The position numbers and the translations under genes are program-made. A model generated the notes under the pieces. The model saw nothing but the letters and a program-made list of their open reading frames with translations, did no database searches and was not told the DNA's origin. Positions 21,701 through 31,164 of a stretch of DNA of 64,000 nucleotides are shown in pieces (within the stretch, counting starts at the first letter, position 1; each line of letters opens with the position of its first letter). Source of the stretch: a virus. Its lineage: Duplodnaviria; Caudoviricetes. The stretch is taken from positions 64,001 to 128,000 of IMG/VR virus record IMGVR_UViG_3300029288_007060, one strand, 5' to 3'.

Positions 21701-22274
21701 GTGATGATGAAACTCGAGATATTTCAAATGCGCCCTGATTTAATAATTTGTCGGTTGGGCCATCTCCTCTGATAATTGATTCGTCTTCCACAAGAATAGA
21801 TAAATAATTTCCAGACTTGGTAATGTCTATAGAATCGGATACTTTTTGAAATTGATCCGCAGAAGAAGATATGAGTTTTCTTATAATAGTGGATTCACCA
21901 GAGTCATAAATGGACGGTATACTTTCTATAATAGAATCTCTAATGTTGTTTGTGGTTTCTCCGGGACTTACAATAAATACAGAATTTTTATGTCCGTCTT
22001 CTATAATTATCTCGTTCTCTGATGATTTAAATAAAACAGTTTCAGTACTAAAAAATTTAAGGTTATACTGAATGTTTGGGAACAAGGGGCTAAATGTTAT
22101 GTTTATTATATCGCTATCAATACTAAGAGATATTATATCGGGGTCATCTACACTATATATAGTGGATGAAATAGAAACATTATCTATTCCAATAGAGGTG
22201 TCGATATAGTCATTAAATAAAATACTTGCGCTAGAGGTTGTTAAATTAACAATCCTTAAAATTGAAAATGTCAT
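15747..22274 (-). CDS. Giant baseplate wedge protein with two LamG/concanavalin-like domains
   Basis: Follows the J-like gene; ends LINVIKPANT (gpI/gp7-like end). Two LamG motif sets: EGTFETW..HHIAVSW..LFIDG..LDEVRI and EGTIEFW..WHRI..LFVDG..MDNIRFS. Confidence 0.7.
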   Translation of the reverse strand: MTFSILRIVNLTTSSASILFNDYIDTSIGIDNVSISSTIYSVDDPDIISLSIDSDIINITFSPLFPNIQYNLKFFSTETVLFKSSENEIIIEDGHKNSVFIVSPGETTNNIRDSIIESIPSIYDSGESTIIRKLISSSADQFQKVSDSIDITKSGNYLSILVEDESIIRGDGPTDKLLNQGAFEISRVSSSPSGNNISGFIEFNQSRKASFLVRPNVHINPIIESLTLDPISLQAEDVINELVTDDIDIANHFSGLTIKVSNHNVIQLISVGLIRNNATTEYDISQFGYILRDNRYDTSLAGINVNLNDDEIELSSNSITGLSGGFLFPQAGDQLKVSYVYKKLGKTIDIDNVLLSTIELVTREVAPAIVNRFSVDNAPIINNLDQLLESGGITFLSTITTDDLQAFVSTHPAFTKEIDFSISRSPSRPGDYSINYSTGEVNVFGEDKDNNGTGDYPPAMTYLFRKIFTKNLDYSIDEDKNEIAINSSRDLSGLEAKITFYYEETFAENTDYRVLSHQEALNERIENRLISDFKLITKKYPITDVFKVMNETTGEIYSISRFDDSSISFSGRNAPTQLDSLREKVSFSSVDNETLYVSDELTNSLSLRIFKINLQNSGISDFYERFVGSNFNTSVSFSNTLFSREFFFEDILYTDLSANLDKLQAVGDFLIDYYNGIVYVAVSSAQSVDVGEINYKYKYVKTKNSHILDIYNIYRSPNPLVSITKSYTIGDAFDNTFDTEGIEYVGQRFLNNDNNRPMIVGTSQSGIDGVSVQGDNIFSSNSSIFTDSDVGKTLVVGSSNDPPAQIFIIISVIDSQQVIVDQNFLSDAKNIVWSLVDTSLSAPKTIVVDFDIISVRGIYKSSQLETLPFESLNNYFDITSDSFTENIITLGDDNDLQNGDSVVIDYNYGELFVDYKYLKDEILVSYEYGNNSIDWSISNSLVSGQNYYVTYRYGALRNQLLSNFGSLTQIKELTTFSPNIEREMYRSILGGTLQSFITGPTIPSIENLVESFTEVKPNITENVNGWVLGNSNLYLENLKYNNTESYDFGKFDEGLLITGSQKVDVPALSHIRLDEGTFETWIVPSWDGDENDSSITFDLSMDGYSNIEDVHIGFSGENPETIPFTLELGNNKLSMSQPEDNDDVGYFIWYDNDNNQWVITWKQTRDADHTFSGTINTTGEFYNISYPSGQDGYSVNEINDTITSFTNRIDFSANIDGYDVDINDDNIAEDGVSFSSGDFHYIVDMAKSPDTNRFSLFKDGTGFLNFRIFDAESNKYNLSTNIKDWEFGQLHHIAVSWKLNTPFEKDEMHLFIDGQEVSNLYKYGGRPEPSNSYFGDISSETVTSSSAVAIVGGFDGSSASSSNMFISNEGDFISNGIQVGDKLYILDDTPDGIGSPNLGTYYNITGVGDTSLTLDRNLTLSLGNIHYGINISTNTIETPANNQRFIVITIDSQGTETELNGVNSRYPDYYISRGSNYTNVLSITNGVNVGDSVVVKTLGLLFSRVLEKKYIYDGGFDTIKTNSMPPVNLGEVKVTEILFDNSLVSQNNGFSLNSVLVDLSLEDVLQRNFDAYCQPSNGTNGRKLAITLIGDNINYNVDYNFITIYGTTYSGNTSEIITFDSNAIKYSSEYWRYIDYISVNIVPLDSLLAAGTFTIREKLPITESENNGDYAEIAEYSNGFFRFEIFGSAGIPFILNGCFYEIDYPTFLRINLNEQPTYMQIGSDFNGSNVVDAVLDEVRILDYMSTDTRVGEELGTLDRTITTDYNYDFEFTADDNTLLLLHWDKENTDSSEFIDRFDSGFEIAKSVNDNFKYGIKLKENHPFIINNAGSIFDNDEGTIEFWVSPLDDSNNNSKYHYYLDMLSSVDETVSSITKISVLLNQKASSVKSVRLASDIYNAGTNYFDGGGISTIDNKTITLGIPLPSQNTLVKVTYIPINNSGDRVSLFLDPYGFVNFFVKASSIEHLLSVHVDWQRNTWHRIMIMWKTNSSNGLDRLRLFVDGDERGTIKYGTGLIYGTGIVYGQAEIRPGTNRFLVDNIDMSDVFSSIFIGADIFSVNGANAIMDNIRFSDIQRLQSIKNVSGVFVDVNYQQNTDFALPVIQDLNTTALYDFDALLFKIQDFSEVTNASNGIFKFSVDVIDSFDKVIGNDYLTNLLKSLINVIKPANTTAIIKFSK

Positions 22275-22277
22275 TAA

Positions 22278-25200
22278 TTATCTCTCCTCAGCCTGTATGC
22301 TAACCGTTCCAGCGATTAAATATTCATTTTTGTTTGCAGAAATACTTAATAAATTTCCCGAATCCTCATAACTAAAATTCAATATTCTTACTCTATCTAT
22401 TCCTTGAACAGAATATAATACATTTATAATGTCAGATGCATCAATGGTAGTCCCAAGGCTGGCAGACGATAGTAGTGATACAACCATATTGTTGGCGTTT
22501 TGAATCACGGTTTGTTCTTGATCATGAAATTCTGGAAATAATACTATCAAGATAGATGCGTCTATTATTTTTTGTTGCGCCGATTTCACTAAAATATCTG
22601 CCGTTATAGGACGAACGTTTTCAATGGCAAGAGTGGCATCATCTATTATAGAATTATAATTGTACGTTATTGTTATTCTTTCATTTTCTTTTGGTGCAAC
22701 ATAATTATAATCTACATTATATACTGTATTATCACTTGGCTGATTAAAATTATTTATATAAAATACACCAGACACCACATTCGATATATTTTTAAAACCA
22801 GAGCTAACAAATATTCTATCTACAGATAAAAATACTTTACTTGTAATTTGTTCTCCATTTTTTGAGAAGTATACTGATTCAGAATCGTCGGTGTTGATAT
22901 AATAAAATGTTACTCTTAGGATATCTCCAGTAGACAATTCGTTGTCAATGTTATTAGACGTTTCCGGCAAACAAATTTCTGTTTCAGATAAACTATTGTC
23001 AGACAGAGATGTATCCATATCATTAGAATTATCTTTCATTTTGTAATTAATAATATCATATACGTTATCAACAGACACAACTTCGTTATTTGTGTCAACA
23101 CTAACCTTTTCCACAGAATACAATCTGGACATTCTTATTGTTGATGGCAGCGAGGACAGCGCAGAATCTTCTTTTATCAATGTTTCTAAATCAATATCAA
23201 ATCCAGATGTTGATGTGACTGTCATTAACTTATCTTTCACAGCATGAATGGTCGATCCTAATATAGATAATGTGCCACCCGACGGAATAGAACCGACATT
23301 TATTCTTAAGTTACTTCCAGGCAAACGAAGATTTTTTGTTATCGCCGTGCCACTATATAAATTAGAGGATGGTTGTTCTCCAACCACAGCAGAATCTAAA
23401 ACAAATTTATTTCCGCTTTTTATTGCTGGAAGAGACGAAATATTATTTTCGGGCATCAATGACGAAACATTAGCGATATAATTAACCAAGACATTGGTTC
23501 CGTTGCCAATAGTGCCACTCACAAGAGTTATTGTGTCATTTGAGAAAGAACCGGTACCATAAGCATCAGAGGAGAAAATATTTGTATAATTATATTTAAT
23601 CGTTGCTAAGTCTCCATCAACTGCTATTGTATCTGTGGGAAGCGCTATATTGTTCGTTCCAAAAAGAACCCCGTCCATAGCGTCTGTATTGTAAAGTTCA
23701 GCATCATCTGACAATCTCTTAATATTAAGTATCGTTGTCACAACACTTCCAGAAGTTAGACTTATTGCGCCATCAGCAACATAGGCTGTTTGCTCGCTAT
23801 GATCAAGCACAGATAGAACTTTAAAAATTGGGTGAGATAATACTATAGTAAGATTTCCATATCCATCATCGGACACGACAGCTGGTTCATTTTCTATTAA
23901 GTTGGAAAAACTCCAATCTATAGAATCCTGAACTGTTCTATTGGTATTATTAACGGTAAGGTTGTCAAAATCAAATACATTGTCAAAAGACTTTACCCAA
24001 ACATAATCCACTTGTAATATATCATTTCCCGTTGGCAAGGTGTTGCCGCTGATAGTTATATTTCCTGTGAGGTTTAATTCCCCCGCATTTCCATCAGGAT
24101 TTTGGTCCGAAACCACATATCTCTCTCCGGTGGTTAAGTTAATAATTCTATTTACATTTCTTATAGGGTAATGTTTTAAATAAACAGAGCTTCTGCTGTC
24201 GGAATTAACATATGCACTCTCATTTGTTATTGTGAAATCTTGAGACGCAGATTTTATTTCGTCAATTCCAGAAAATTTAAGGGCATCAAAACCATTAAAT
24301 ATACCTTTGGTTGTGTTTTCGTCTTCTAATTCTATCGTATCAGAAATCCATCTTAAACGATCAAAACCAAATGGACTTCCGCCAAAATCACCAGAATCTT
24401 TTAGTAATTCATAATTTCCATGAACCACCCCAGCAGAATCTTCATATTTTTGTATAAAATTAGCGCCAGATGAACTTCCTATAACCGAAATTATACTGTC
24501 TATTGGTTGAAATGGTAAAGTATCATTCGCTATAAGATTTACCCGTCTTTGAGAGATGTTGGTTCCAGCCACCTCGCCTCTTTGGCCGATTACAAAATCA
24601 TTTGTAGGATTAGTAGGGTCATGAACGCCACTAGCATCGTTGTAAATAAAGGAGTCTATTTGCGATACTTCATTGCTGCCAAGCACATAAATATCTACCT
24701 TGCCGCCAGTTCCCTCTGATATAATGGTTGTTTCTCCGCTCGAATCCGTTGATACTTGTGTTCCATCTCGAATAAGAAGCGTGTCCCCGGGAACAATAAC
24801 TACAGAATCAGTTACGCCTGGAACAGAATCAATCACAGAAGAGTATCCCAGAGCTGTTCCGGTATTACTTCCAGAAAACACACCTAAAATTCTAGCTCTA
24901 AATGCATCGTCACTTTCTGGGTCGCTGCCGCCAGAGAACGACTGAAGATTTGTAACATTTGATATTCCTGAGATGTTATGTGACAGTAAAGAATATGGGC
25001 CAATATTTCCAGCAGACCCAGATGTAAGAGCCTCTACATTAACCTCAATCGCATATATATCAGTTATTGACGCAAGATTTAATTCGTCTCTTAATCGTGT
25101 AGCCGTGGCCTTATACACATTTGAGCTTGTAGCGCTCATTAAATAGTTATCTGATACCCTATAACTTATACCATTATTAGCAACAATAATATCTCCCACA

Positions 25201-25508
25201 GAAATAAAAACGTCAGACTCGAGACTATTAGTTGTTAATACTGCTAACCCACCGGAATTACCGCCAGAGTTTTTTTTGACACCAAAATTAGAAGCCAATT
25301 TTACCAAATCTGTTCCATTTGACGAGAAAAAGGACGAGAGATTTGAGATATTTCTTAACTGTATATACAACTCAGATATTTGCTGAGCAGGCGCGTCAAT
25401 AAACAAGTCTCTTGCCACAGTTCCTGGTTTAGTGTCAAGATCATTTTGAACCAATCTCAAATAGTCTATTAGTGATATCACTATATCATTAAACGATTTA
25501 AAAATCAT
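22278..25508 (-). CDS. Baseplate wedge protein, J-like (T4 gp6/P2 gpJ) with large insertion
   Basis: KSFNDIV..PGTVARDLFID, VEALTSGSAGN, GGSDPESDDAFRARI, GKVDIYV; C-terminus SDIINVLYSVQGIDRV. Confidence 0.9.
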   Translation of the reverse strand: MIFKSFNDIVISLIDYLRLVQNDLDTKPGTVARDLFIDAPAQQISELYIQLRNISNLSSFFSSNGTDLVKLASNFGVKKNSGGNSGGLAVLTTNSLESDVFISVGDIIVANNGISYRVSDNYLMSATSSNVYKATATRLRDELNLASITDIYAIEVNVEALTSGSAGNIGPYSLLSHNISGISNVTNLQSFSGGSDPESDDAFRARILGVFSGSNTGTALGYSSVIDSVPGVTDSVVIVPGDTLLIRDGTQVSTDSSGETTIISEGTGGKVDIYVLGSNEVSQIDSFIYNDASGVHDPTNPTNDFVIGQRGEVAGTNISQRRVNLIANDTLPFQPIDSIISVIGSSSGANFIQKYEDSAGVVHGNYELLKDSGDFGGSPFGFDRLRWISDTIELEDENTTKGIFNGFDALKFSGIDEIKSASQDFTITNESAYVNSDSRSSVYLKHYPIRNVNRIINLTTGERYVVSDQNPDGNAGELNLTGNITISGNTLPTGNDILQVDYVWVKSFDNVFDFDNLTVNNTNRTVQDSIDWSFSNLIENEPAVVSDDGYGNLTIVLSHPIFKVLSVLDHSEQTAYVADGAISLTSGSVVTTILNIKRLSDDAELYNTDAMDGVLFGTNNIALPTDTIAVDGDLATIKYNYTNIFSSDAYGTGSFSNDTITLVSGTIGNGTNVLVNYIANVSSLMPENNISSLPAIKSGNKFVLDSAVVGEQPSSNLYSGTAITKNLRLPGSNLRINVGSIPSGGTLSILGSTIHAVKDKLMTVTSTSGFDIDLETLIKEDSALSSLPSTIRMSRLYSVEKVSVDTNNEVVSVDNVYDIINYKMKDNSNDMDTSLSDNSLSETEICLPETSNNIDNELSTGDILRVTFYYINTDDSESVYFSKNGEQITSKVFLSVDRIFVSSGFKNISNVVSGVFYINNFNQPSDNTVYNVDYNYVAPKENERITITYNYNSIIDDATLAIENVRPITADILVKSAQQKIIDASILIVLFPEFHDQEQTVIQNANNMVVSLLSSASLGTTIDASDIINVLYSVQGIDRVRILNFSYEDSGNLLSISANKNEYLIAGTVSIQAEER

Positions 25509-25524
25509 TTTTATCTCCCGGTTG

Positions 25525-25950
25525 TTAAGAAATAATAGTAAACAACTCTTCTAATTTTGTGAGTCTCTTACTAAACACTGTTATTAAAATATTTAATTGG
25601 CGGCCATCGGACAAATCTCTTTCTACATCAATGCCGCCAACACTCTCTATTAATTCGGACAAAGAAACTCTTTGAACTGAAGATTGTGATATTTGTAATG
25701 CCTTAAGTCTATCCAAACTCTTGCTTATGTTGTTTTGTATGCGTGATAATTGAAGCAAATCAGAAAAATTTCTTCCTATATCATCAGATATAGAACACCC
25801 ATACCACGGGTGATTTTTAACAGAACCCATGGGAGTAATGATAATTTTAATTATGTCCTGCCTTAATTTAGGCGTATCTGTAACAATTTTAACTGCACCA
25901 TTTGGTTGCACAGACAGATCATTATTAATTAAAGATATATCAAATGACAT
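25525..25950 (-). CDS. gp25-like baseplate wedge/sheath initiator
   Basis: KLRQDIIKIIITPMGS..HPWYG pattern; size and position upstream of the J-like gene. Confidence 0.8.
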   Translation of the reverse strand: MSFDISLINNDLSVQPNGAVKIVTDTPKLRQDIIKIIITPMGSVKNHPWYGCSISDDIGRNFSDLLQLSRIQNNISKSLDRLKALQISQSSVQRVSLSELIESVGGIDVERDLSDGRQLNILITVFSKRLTKLEELFTIIS

Positions 25951-25962
25951 TATGTTCTCCGT

Positions 25963-27285
25963 TTAATTCTTTTGCATTGTTCTATTGGTTTTATGTCTAG
26001 ACGATTTATCTATATCAATAGCGAGATTGTTTATTATTTTTTGTGTTTGTGTCTGAAGAGCACCGATAGAATTAAGAATATTGGCCTCATCAATGGAGTT
26101 AACATAGTCTATTCCCGTTTGCTTTTTTAATCTAATTCTGCCTTCTTTATTAAGCAAAGAAATTACTGTTTCTATATCAACTTGAAATAATGCAAGAATA
26201 ACCGACACCGCATCCGTTCCAGATAATCCGCTAAATGTCCCCAATAACAAATCTAAATTTCTAAATGTTTGTTTTATTTCATTCTCTAGCCGTATTTTTT
26301 TATCGGTAGTATTTTTTGTTGATTTAGAGATAAGTCCAGCATCACTGAAAACAGCCTGTAATAAGCATGAAGACAGAATACATTCTTTAAGATTTCTAGA
26401 CGCCTTGTCTGCCTCAGAAAGCACATCATCAAAATTAAATAAGGACAGTCTGGCTTCTTTAATAGCCAAATATTGTTTTTGCTTTATATCTTGATTATCT
26501 AAATCGCCCTCATTTTCGCCATTATTAAATATTTCTGGGTTTTGTTCTGGTGTTCCTGAAGGTATAACAATTGATGAGGTTTCTTTTGTTATTTTATCAA
26601 TTCTGTTTTTAACGCTAGACATCTCTACAATTATATTCCCTAATGCTTGATAAAGACTAAACTCTATATCTTCAGATTGTTGCTGAAAGTCACTATACAT
26701 ATCTTCCATAATTTTAGCTTTCTTTGTTGAATTAAATGCCCCAGCCTGACTTAATCTCAAATAAATTATCATTTCTATAAGAGGCCTTTTGTATTTTGTT
26801 GTGCTATTTGAGCTATCATCCTGTAATTGAGTGTCAGTCATAAAAGCTCCGCCAATTCTTCTTCCCTGAGGAAAAATCTCTAAATTAGCATCAACAATCA
26901 TGGGAAACAGCTGTAATGTTTGGGCATTTCCATTGATATGATCTTTGATTGTTGATGTATTAAATTTGAAGGCGTTTAATACTTTGGGATTATTGGAATT
27001 CATCTTCTTGCTCATAGACTTAGAGATGTTTTCTCTATTGATTAATTGTATCGATAAAGTAGAATCGTCTATATCCTTGAAAACATTGCCATTATTTTTA
27101 TTTAATGGCGGTGTTTTTTCGTTTGTTATAATTGCAGGCAAACCAATAGCACGATAAAAGGCATTTATTCTGGATTCTGTTGATTCTTCTGATCCTGCTC
27201 GGCTGCTTGATCGTATGCCATCAATATCTTTAATAATATTAGTAGAAAATTCTGTGAAATCCAGGTCTTTATTAAAATTTGCCAT
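25963..27285 (-). CDS. Hypothetical protein in the baseplate module (helical)
   Basis: 440-aa ORF between the spike region and gp25-like gene. Confidence 0.7.
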   Translation of the reverse strand: MANFNKDLDFTEFSTNIIKDIDGIRSSSRAGSEESTESRINAFYRAIGLPAIITNEKTPPLNKNNGNVFKDIDDSTLSIQLINRENISKSMSKKMNSNNPKVLNAFKFNTSTIKDHINGNAQTLQLFPMIVDANLEIFPQGRRIGGAFMTDTQLQDDSSNSTTKYKRPLIEMIIYLRLSQAGAFNSTKKAKIMEDMYSDFQQQSEDIEFSLYQALGNIIVEMSSVKNRIDKITKETSSIVIPSGTPEQNPEIFNNGENEGDLDNQDIKQKQYLAIKEARLSLFNFDDVLSEADKASRNLKECILSSCLLQAVFSDAGLISKSTKNTTDKKIRLENEIKQTFRNLDLLLGTFSGLSGTDAVSVILALFQVDIETVISLLNKEGRIRLKKQTGIDYVNSIDEANILNSIGALQTQTQKIINNLAIDIDKSSRHKTNRTMQKN

Positions 27286-29141
27286 TATTTTCCTCCCGGC
27301 TCTCTGTCAACATTATCAAGTATAGTATGTGCTGTATTATTAGTGCTTTGTTTTGAAGTAAGTCTTCGTTTTGGCAAAACTGCGCCAGACACGAACTTAA
27401 TCTCGATTTCTTTTGTTACAACAGAATTATTATCGAGTTCTTCTATGAATTCTCCGTTTATTCTGGCGGTAACCGTGGCCGTCCCAGAAAGTAAAGATCT
27501 AATCTCTGCTGTAACTATACCCGTACTATTATTAAGTGTTTGGTTTGTTATAACACCAAAATCAGTAAAAATATCTACAGTAATACCGACTCCGTCAGGT
27601 AGATTACTGGCAAGCAAGGCGCCAGTTGAATCTCTCGGAATAACGGATATTACAGCCAGGTCACTACCGCCAGCTTTTACAAAATTCTTATTGACATTAA
27701 GTTCGCTATTTAAAGTGTTTGATATGTGAGACAATATGGTGTTCATTATTCTTTTCATATTGTTTCCAAAAGCATTTAAATCGTTTGTTATATTTTCTTC
27801 TTCTGCGTTTATTCCTGACACATCATTATTTGCCACCGAGTCTCTGGTTCTGGATATTGAATCGTTTAATCCCGATAACATGTCATCAAATTGGTCCCCA
27901 ATATCAGCTAATTCTGGAATTTGTTCTGCAGCTGGGGTTTCTGTATCTCCGAACTGATTATCTAACGAATCTTTGGCATCGATAACGGATGGATGGCATC
28001 CCAAACCAACAATATTATGCGCCACCAACATGTCCCAATTTGGAACTATTTCATATCGCACAGCACCTATCATCTCAGAAAGAGTGGGGTCTACCACTAT
28101 AATGTCTGGATTTTTTATTTTTAAGATAGGAATAATCTTCTCATTTCCTCTATTATTTGTAACACGCACGCTAAAATGAGAAGAGTTTCCGGTTTGTCCA
28201 GCCGACACAGCCTCGTCCACAGGCTCATCTAGTTGAGAATCTAATTGCTGTTTTAAACTTTGCATATATGGAGTAATTTTATAAAGTTGGCTGTTTCCAG
28301 TTAATGTTTTAATCTTCCACGCCATTAAAGGAAGAGAGTCGGAAAAAGAATATTTTAAAATTGCGCCGATTCCCTTGGGGGGATTGGTTAAAACCGGAGG
28401 ACATGTATCATCTCCACAACAAGTTTCGTCTCCATTGCCTTTTTTACAAGGTCTTCCGCCAGCAAGTCGTAATATGGCCATAATCGTTTCTAATATTGGT
28501 TTTAATACATTAAGCACACCTATTTGATTCAGAATCTCTACCAAAAGAGCCTCTATCTTTCTTCTCTCTGCTTTTATTTGTGCTCTATTACTGTCCGTGT
28601 CATTAAGCAGGGCGATTAAAGCACTAACATCATGTTTTATCAGTTCATATATTGGGATTATTGTCGTTAACACAAACAATATGGCGGCCAATATTAACTT
28701 TATAATGCCCAATACCAGCAGGATTCCAGCGAGTGGCGGGAACAAAGCAATAAATGGAGGCAACCATTTTCTAAACAGTCTTATTACCGCTCTTATAACA
28801 GCAAACCAATTAGGCATCGCACATATAATTTCTATCAAGCCTCTTATAACTCCCATTATGGGTAAAAGCAACATGTATGCTGACATAAAGGGAGATAATA
28901 ATGAAAGCAAATTATTAATAGCCGTCCCCATGGATTTCGTAATTCCAGGCTCAGACATGCTTTGCATTATTGAGCCACCTGGCAATTTATACTTTAAAAG
29001 ATCATCAGATATCATAGAAACGCCGTCTGGAAGAGGCAACGATGAATCGTAGGGTAACGTAAAATTCGGTCCGGCGGAGGTCACAAGAACCTGAAGGACG
29101 CCTAATACAGTAGGATTATTTATAAACCAAGGATTTGACAT
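27285..29141 (-). CDS. Baseplate-module protein with long hydrophobic segment, Cys cluster and C-terminal invasin-like Ig domain
   Basis: ~90-aa hydrophobic stretch; PCKK..TCCGDDTCPP; AVISVIPRD..GTATVTARING. Likely start MSNPWF at 29141 (ORF track gives 29171). Confidence 0.6.
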   Translation of the reverse strand: MSNPWFINNPTVLGVLQVLVTSAGPNFTLPYDSSLPLPDGVSMISDDLLKYKLPGGSIMQSMSEPGITKSMGTAINNLLSLLSPFMSAYMLLLPIMGVIRGLIEIICAMPNWFAVIRAVIRLFRKWLPPFIALFPPLAGILLVLGIIKLILAAILFVLTTIIPIYELIKHDVSALIALLNDTDSNRAQIKAERRKIEALLVEILNQIGVLNVLKPILETIMAILRLAGGRPCKKGNGDETCCGDDTCPPVLTNPPKGIGAILKYSFSDSLPLMAWKIKTLTGNSQLYKITPYMQSLKQQLDSQLDEPVDEAVSAGQTGNSSHFSVRVTNNRGNEKIIPILKIKNPDIIVVDPTLSEMIGAVRYEIVPNWDMLVAHNIVGLGCHPSVIDAKDSLDNQFGDTETPAAEQIPELADIGDQFDDMLSGLNDSISRTRDSVANNDVSGINAEEENITNDLNAFGNNMKRIMNTILSHISNTLNSELNVNKNFVKAGGSDLAVISVIPRDSTGALLASNLPDGVGITVDIFTDFGVITNQTLNNSTGIVTAEIRSLLSGTATVTARINGEFIEELDNNSVVTKEIEIKFVSGAVLPKRRLTSKQSTNNTAHTILDNVDREPGGK

Positions 29142-29151
29142 AATATTTCCT

Positions 29152-31164
29152 TTATGGAGTATTTCTTCCATTTCTTGATATAGTTTTTTCTGTGGCAGTT
29201 ATATTTCTTAGCCCTTCTGAATCAGCCGTGCCATACATGTTAATATTTCTTCCATCTAACAATAAATCTGCACCAGCGATAATCGAAAAGTCTCCGCTCG
29301 AAGACATTACGACGTTCCCTTTTATATCTATCTGCATACCATTTTCATCAATTATAATTCTGTGACTATCTCCAGTAGGGCGGTTTAAATGTATTTCTAT
29401 TCTGCCCGGCCTGTCTTCCTTATCTTCTGAAGAGGTAAATCTTTCGTCTGTCCCTATGCCAGCCCCGCCTATTTGTATAATAACGTCTCCGTCTGTTTGA
29501 TGTATTATACTGCGACCATTTTTATCTCTGCCATAATGGGAAACAAGACCACCGGCCAAGTCAAGCACTAAAGATTTTCTATCGGATGTATCTGCACCAA
29601 TAGAAATTTCTGCGCTTCCATCTAAATTTAAATTTAAACTCCTGCCACCAGCATTGGCATCAGAATTGGTGTGGTAATTTTTAATTCCATTATCATCTGT
29701 CTGTAAATCTAATATTTTATTGTTTATGTGGGTGTTGATGGGACCGATACGATTCCCGTTAAACACCGACGGAGCTATTTCCAAGATGTTGTGGTGAGCG
29801 GTCCCGACAGAAACCGGATTTTTAATACTTGCTGGAATATAATTAGAATCATCTACAACCACGCCAGTCGCTGGGCCAAACGGAAGAATCCGCACATCTT
29901 TTTGTTCTGGATCTTTAAATTGTCCTTGATTTGCTAAATTTTTATCTGGATTTCTGGACACAACGTATCTTCCCAAAACCGGTATATTTCCCGTTTCAGA
30001 AGAGGCAGGGATATTGATTTTTGTTAATCCCTCGCCATCCACATCTACGCTCCATCTGCTGTGTTCTTTTGCATTATTAGAGACTTTTTCGGTAGAAAAA
30101 TCCACATCCGACGACTCTTTTCTTGAATTAATCTCATAATGGTATTTAATAGACCTTCTTAAATAACTATACATTCTTCTCAGACTCTGAGAGCTATTAT
30201 TTCCTGTATTAAAATCATTATCGGGTATCTGAATTTTATTTCTATTTATATCTAGTATATTGCCATAAATATCTACAACAGTTCCCTCTACCTTTTCAAT
30301 CAGATGATTAAAATTCCTAGGGTTTAAATCAAGGATATCAGTTCTTCTATTTTCCCTAAACGAAGGATCGGTAGATATATTAGGTTGGTCTGTATTATTT
30401 TCTCTAACCAAGGTGGAAGCCTCGGATTCATTTTTCAAATCTCTGACGCCAAAACTATCTGCAAACTCGTACGTCAAATTTCTTTTTTCTACCAATGCAG
30501 GGTTTCTGATAGTTAACTTTGATATCTGATTGCTTCTGAGACTTACTTCCTGTTCACTTAATCTTCCTATATCTGCTAACAACGAATCATAAGCCTCACC
30601 ACTTAAGAAATTAACAGTAGATGTATCGTTAGGATCTTCGTATTCGCTTTTGTCTCTCCTTATAACCCCTTCTATATTTCTGCCTGCTTCTGTGAATCTA
30701 TAAATGTTGTTGGTGCGAAGAAAAAGGGCCTTAGAAAACTTGGAAAGTTCCAAATCTGTTTCTAATTCTCCCGCACCAGACTCGAAAGCTATATTTCCAT
30801 TTTTAGAAAAATAGATAGCTGAATTTAAAGGTCCTTTTAAATATATTTCTCCGCTCGAAACATCTGGATATGAAGATGTATCAACCGAGCTATCAAGAAC
30901 GCCGCTTTGTGAAAAATAATAACTTCTCTCAGGAACAACTGACACTATATAAGCTTGTTCCTGTGGAGCCATAGCTATTAATACACGAGTATTTTTCTTA
31001 ATGCCTACAAAAATACCTCCTCCTACACCTGCGTGAGGGTGGGGTATAGGACAACGAATATTATGCTCGCCTTCTCTATCGATGAACATACATTCAACTT
31101 GTGTTTTAAACACGTTGACCACTATAGCTAATCTTACGGCATATCCGCCGGGAACTCTACTCAT
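29152..31164 (-). CDS. Baseplate central spike protein (gp5/gpV-like)
   Basis: N-terminal OB-fold-like region (GGGIFVG...VLIAM), C-terminal beta-strand repeats (IIIDENGMQIDIKGNVVMSSSGDFSI); directly after the hub gene. Confidence 0.65.
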   Translation of the reverse strand: MSRVPGGYAVRLAIVVNVFKTQVECMFIDREGEHNIRCPIPHPHAGVGGGIFVGIKKNTRVLIAMAPQEQAYIVSVVPERSYYFSQSGVLDSSVDTSSYPDVSSGEIYLKGPLNSAIYFSKNGNIAFESGAGELETDLELSKFSKALFLRTNNIYRFTEAGRNIEGVIRRDKSEYEDPNDTSTVNFLSGEAYDSLLADIGRLSEQEVSLRSNQISKLTIRNPALVEKRNLTYEFADSFGVRDLKNESEASTLVRENNTDQPNISTDPSFRENRRTDILDLNPRNFNHLIEKVEGTVVDIYGNILDINRNKIQIPDNDFNTGNNSSQSLRRMYSYLRRSIKYHYEINSRKESSDVDFSTEKVSNNAKEHSRWSVDVDGEGLTKINIPASSETGNIPVLGRYVVSRNPDKNLANQGQFKDPEQKDVRILPFGPATGVVVDDSNYIPASIKNPVSVGTAHHNILEIAPSVFNGNRIGPINTHINNKILDLQTDDNGIKNYHTNSDANAGGRSLNLNLDGSAEISIGADTSDRKSLVLDLAGGLVSHYGRDKNGRSIIHQTDGDVIIQIGGAGIGTDERFTSSEDKEDRPGRIEIHLNRPTGDSHRIIIDENGMQIDIKGNVVMSSSGDFSIIAGADLLLDGRNINMYGTADSEGLRNITATEKTISRNGRNTP

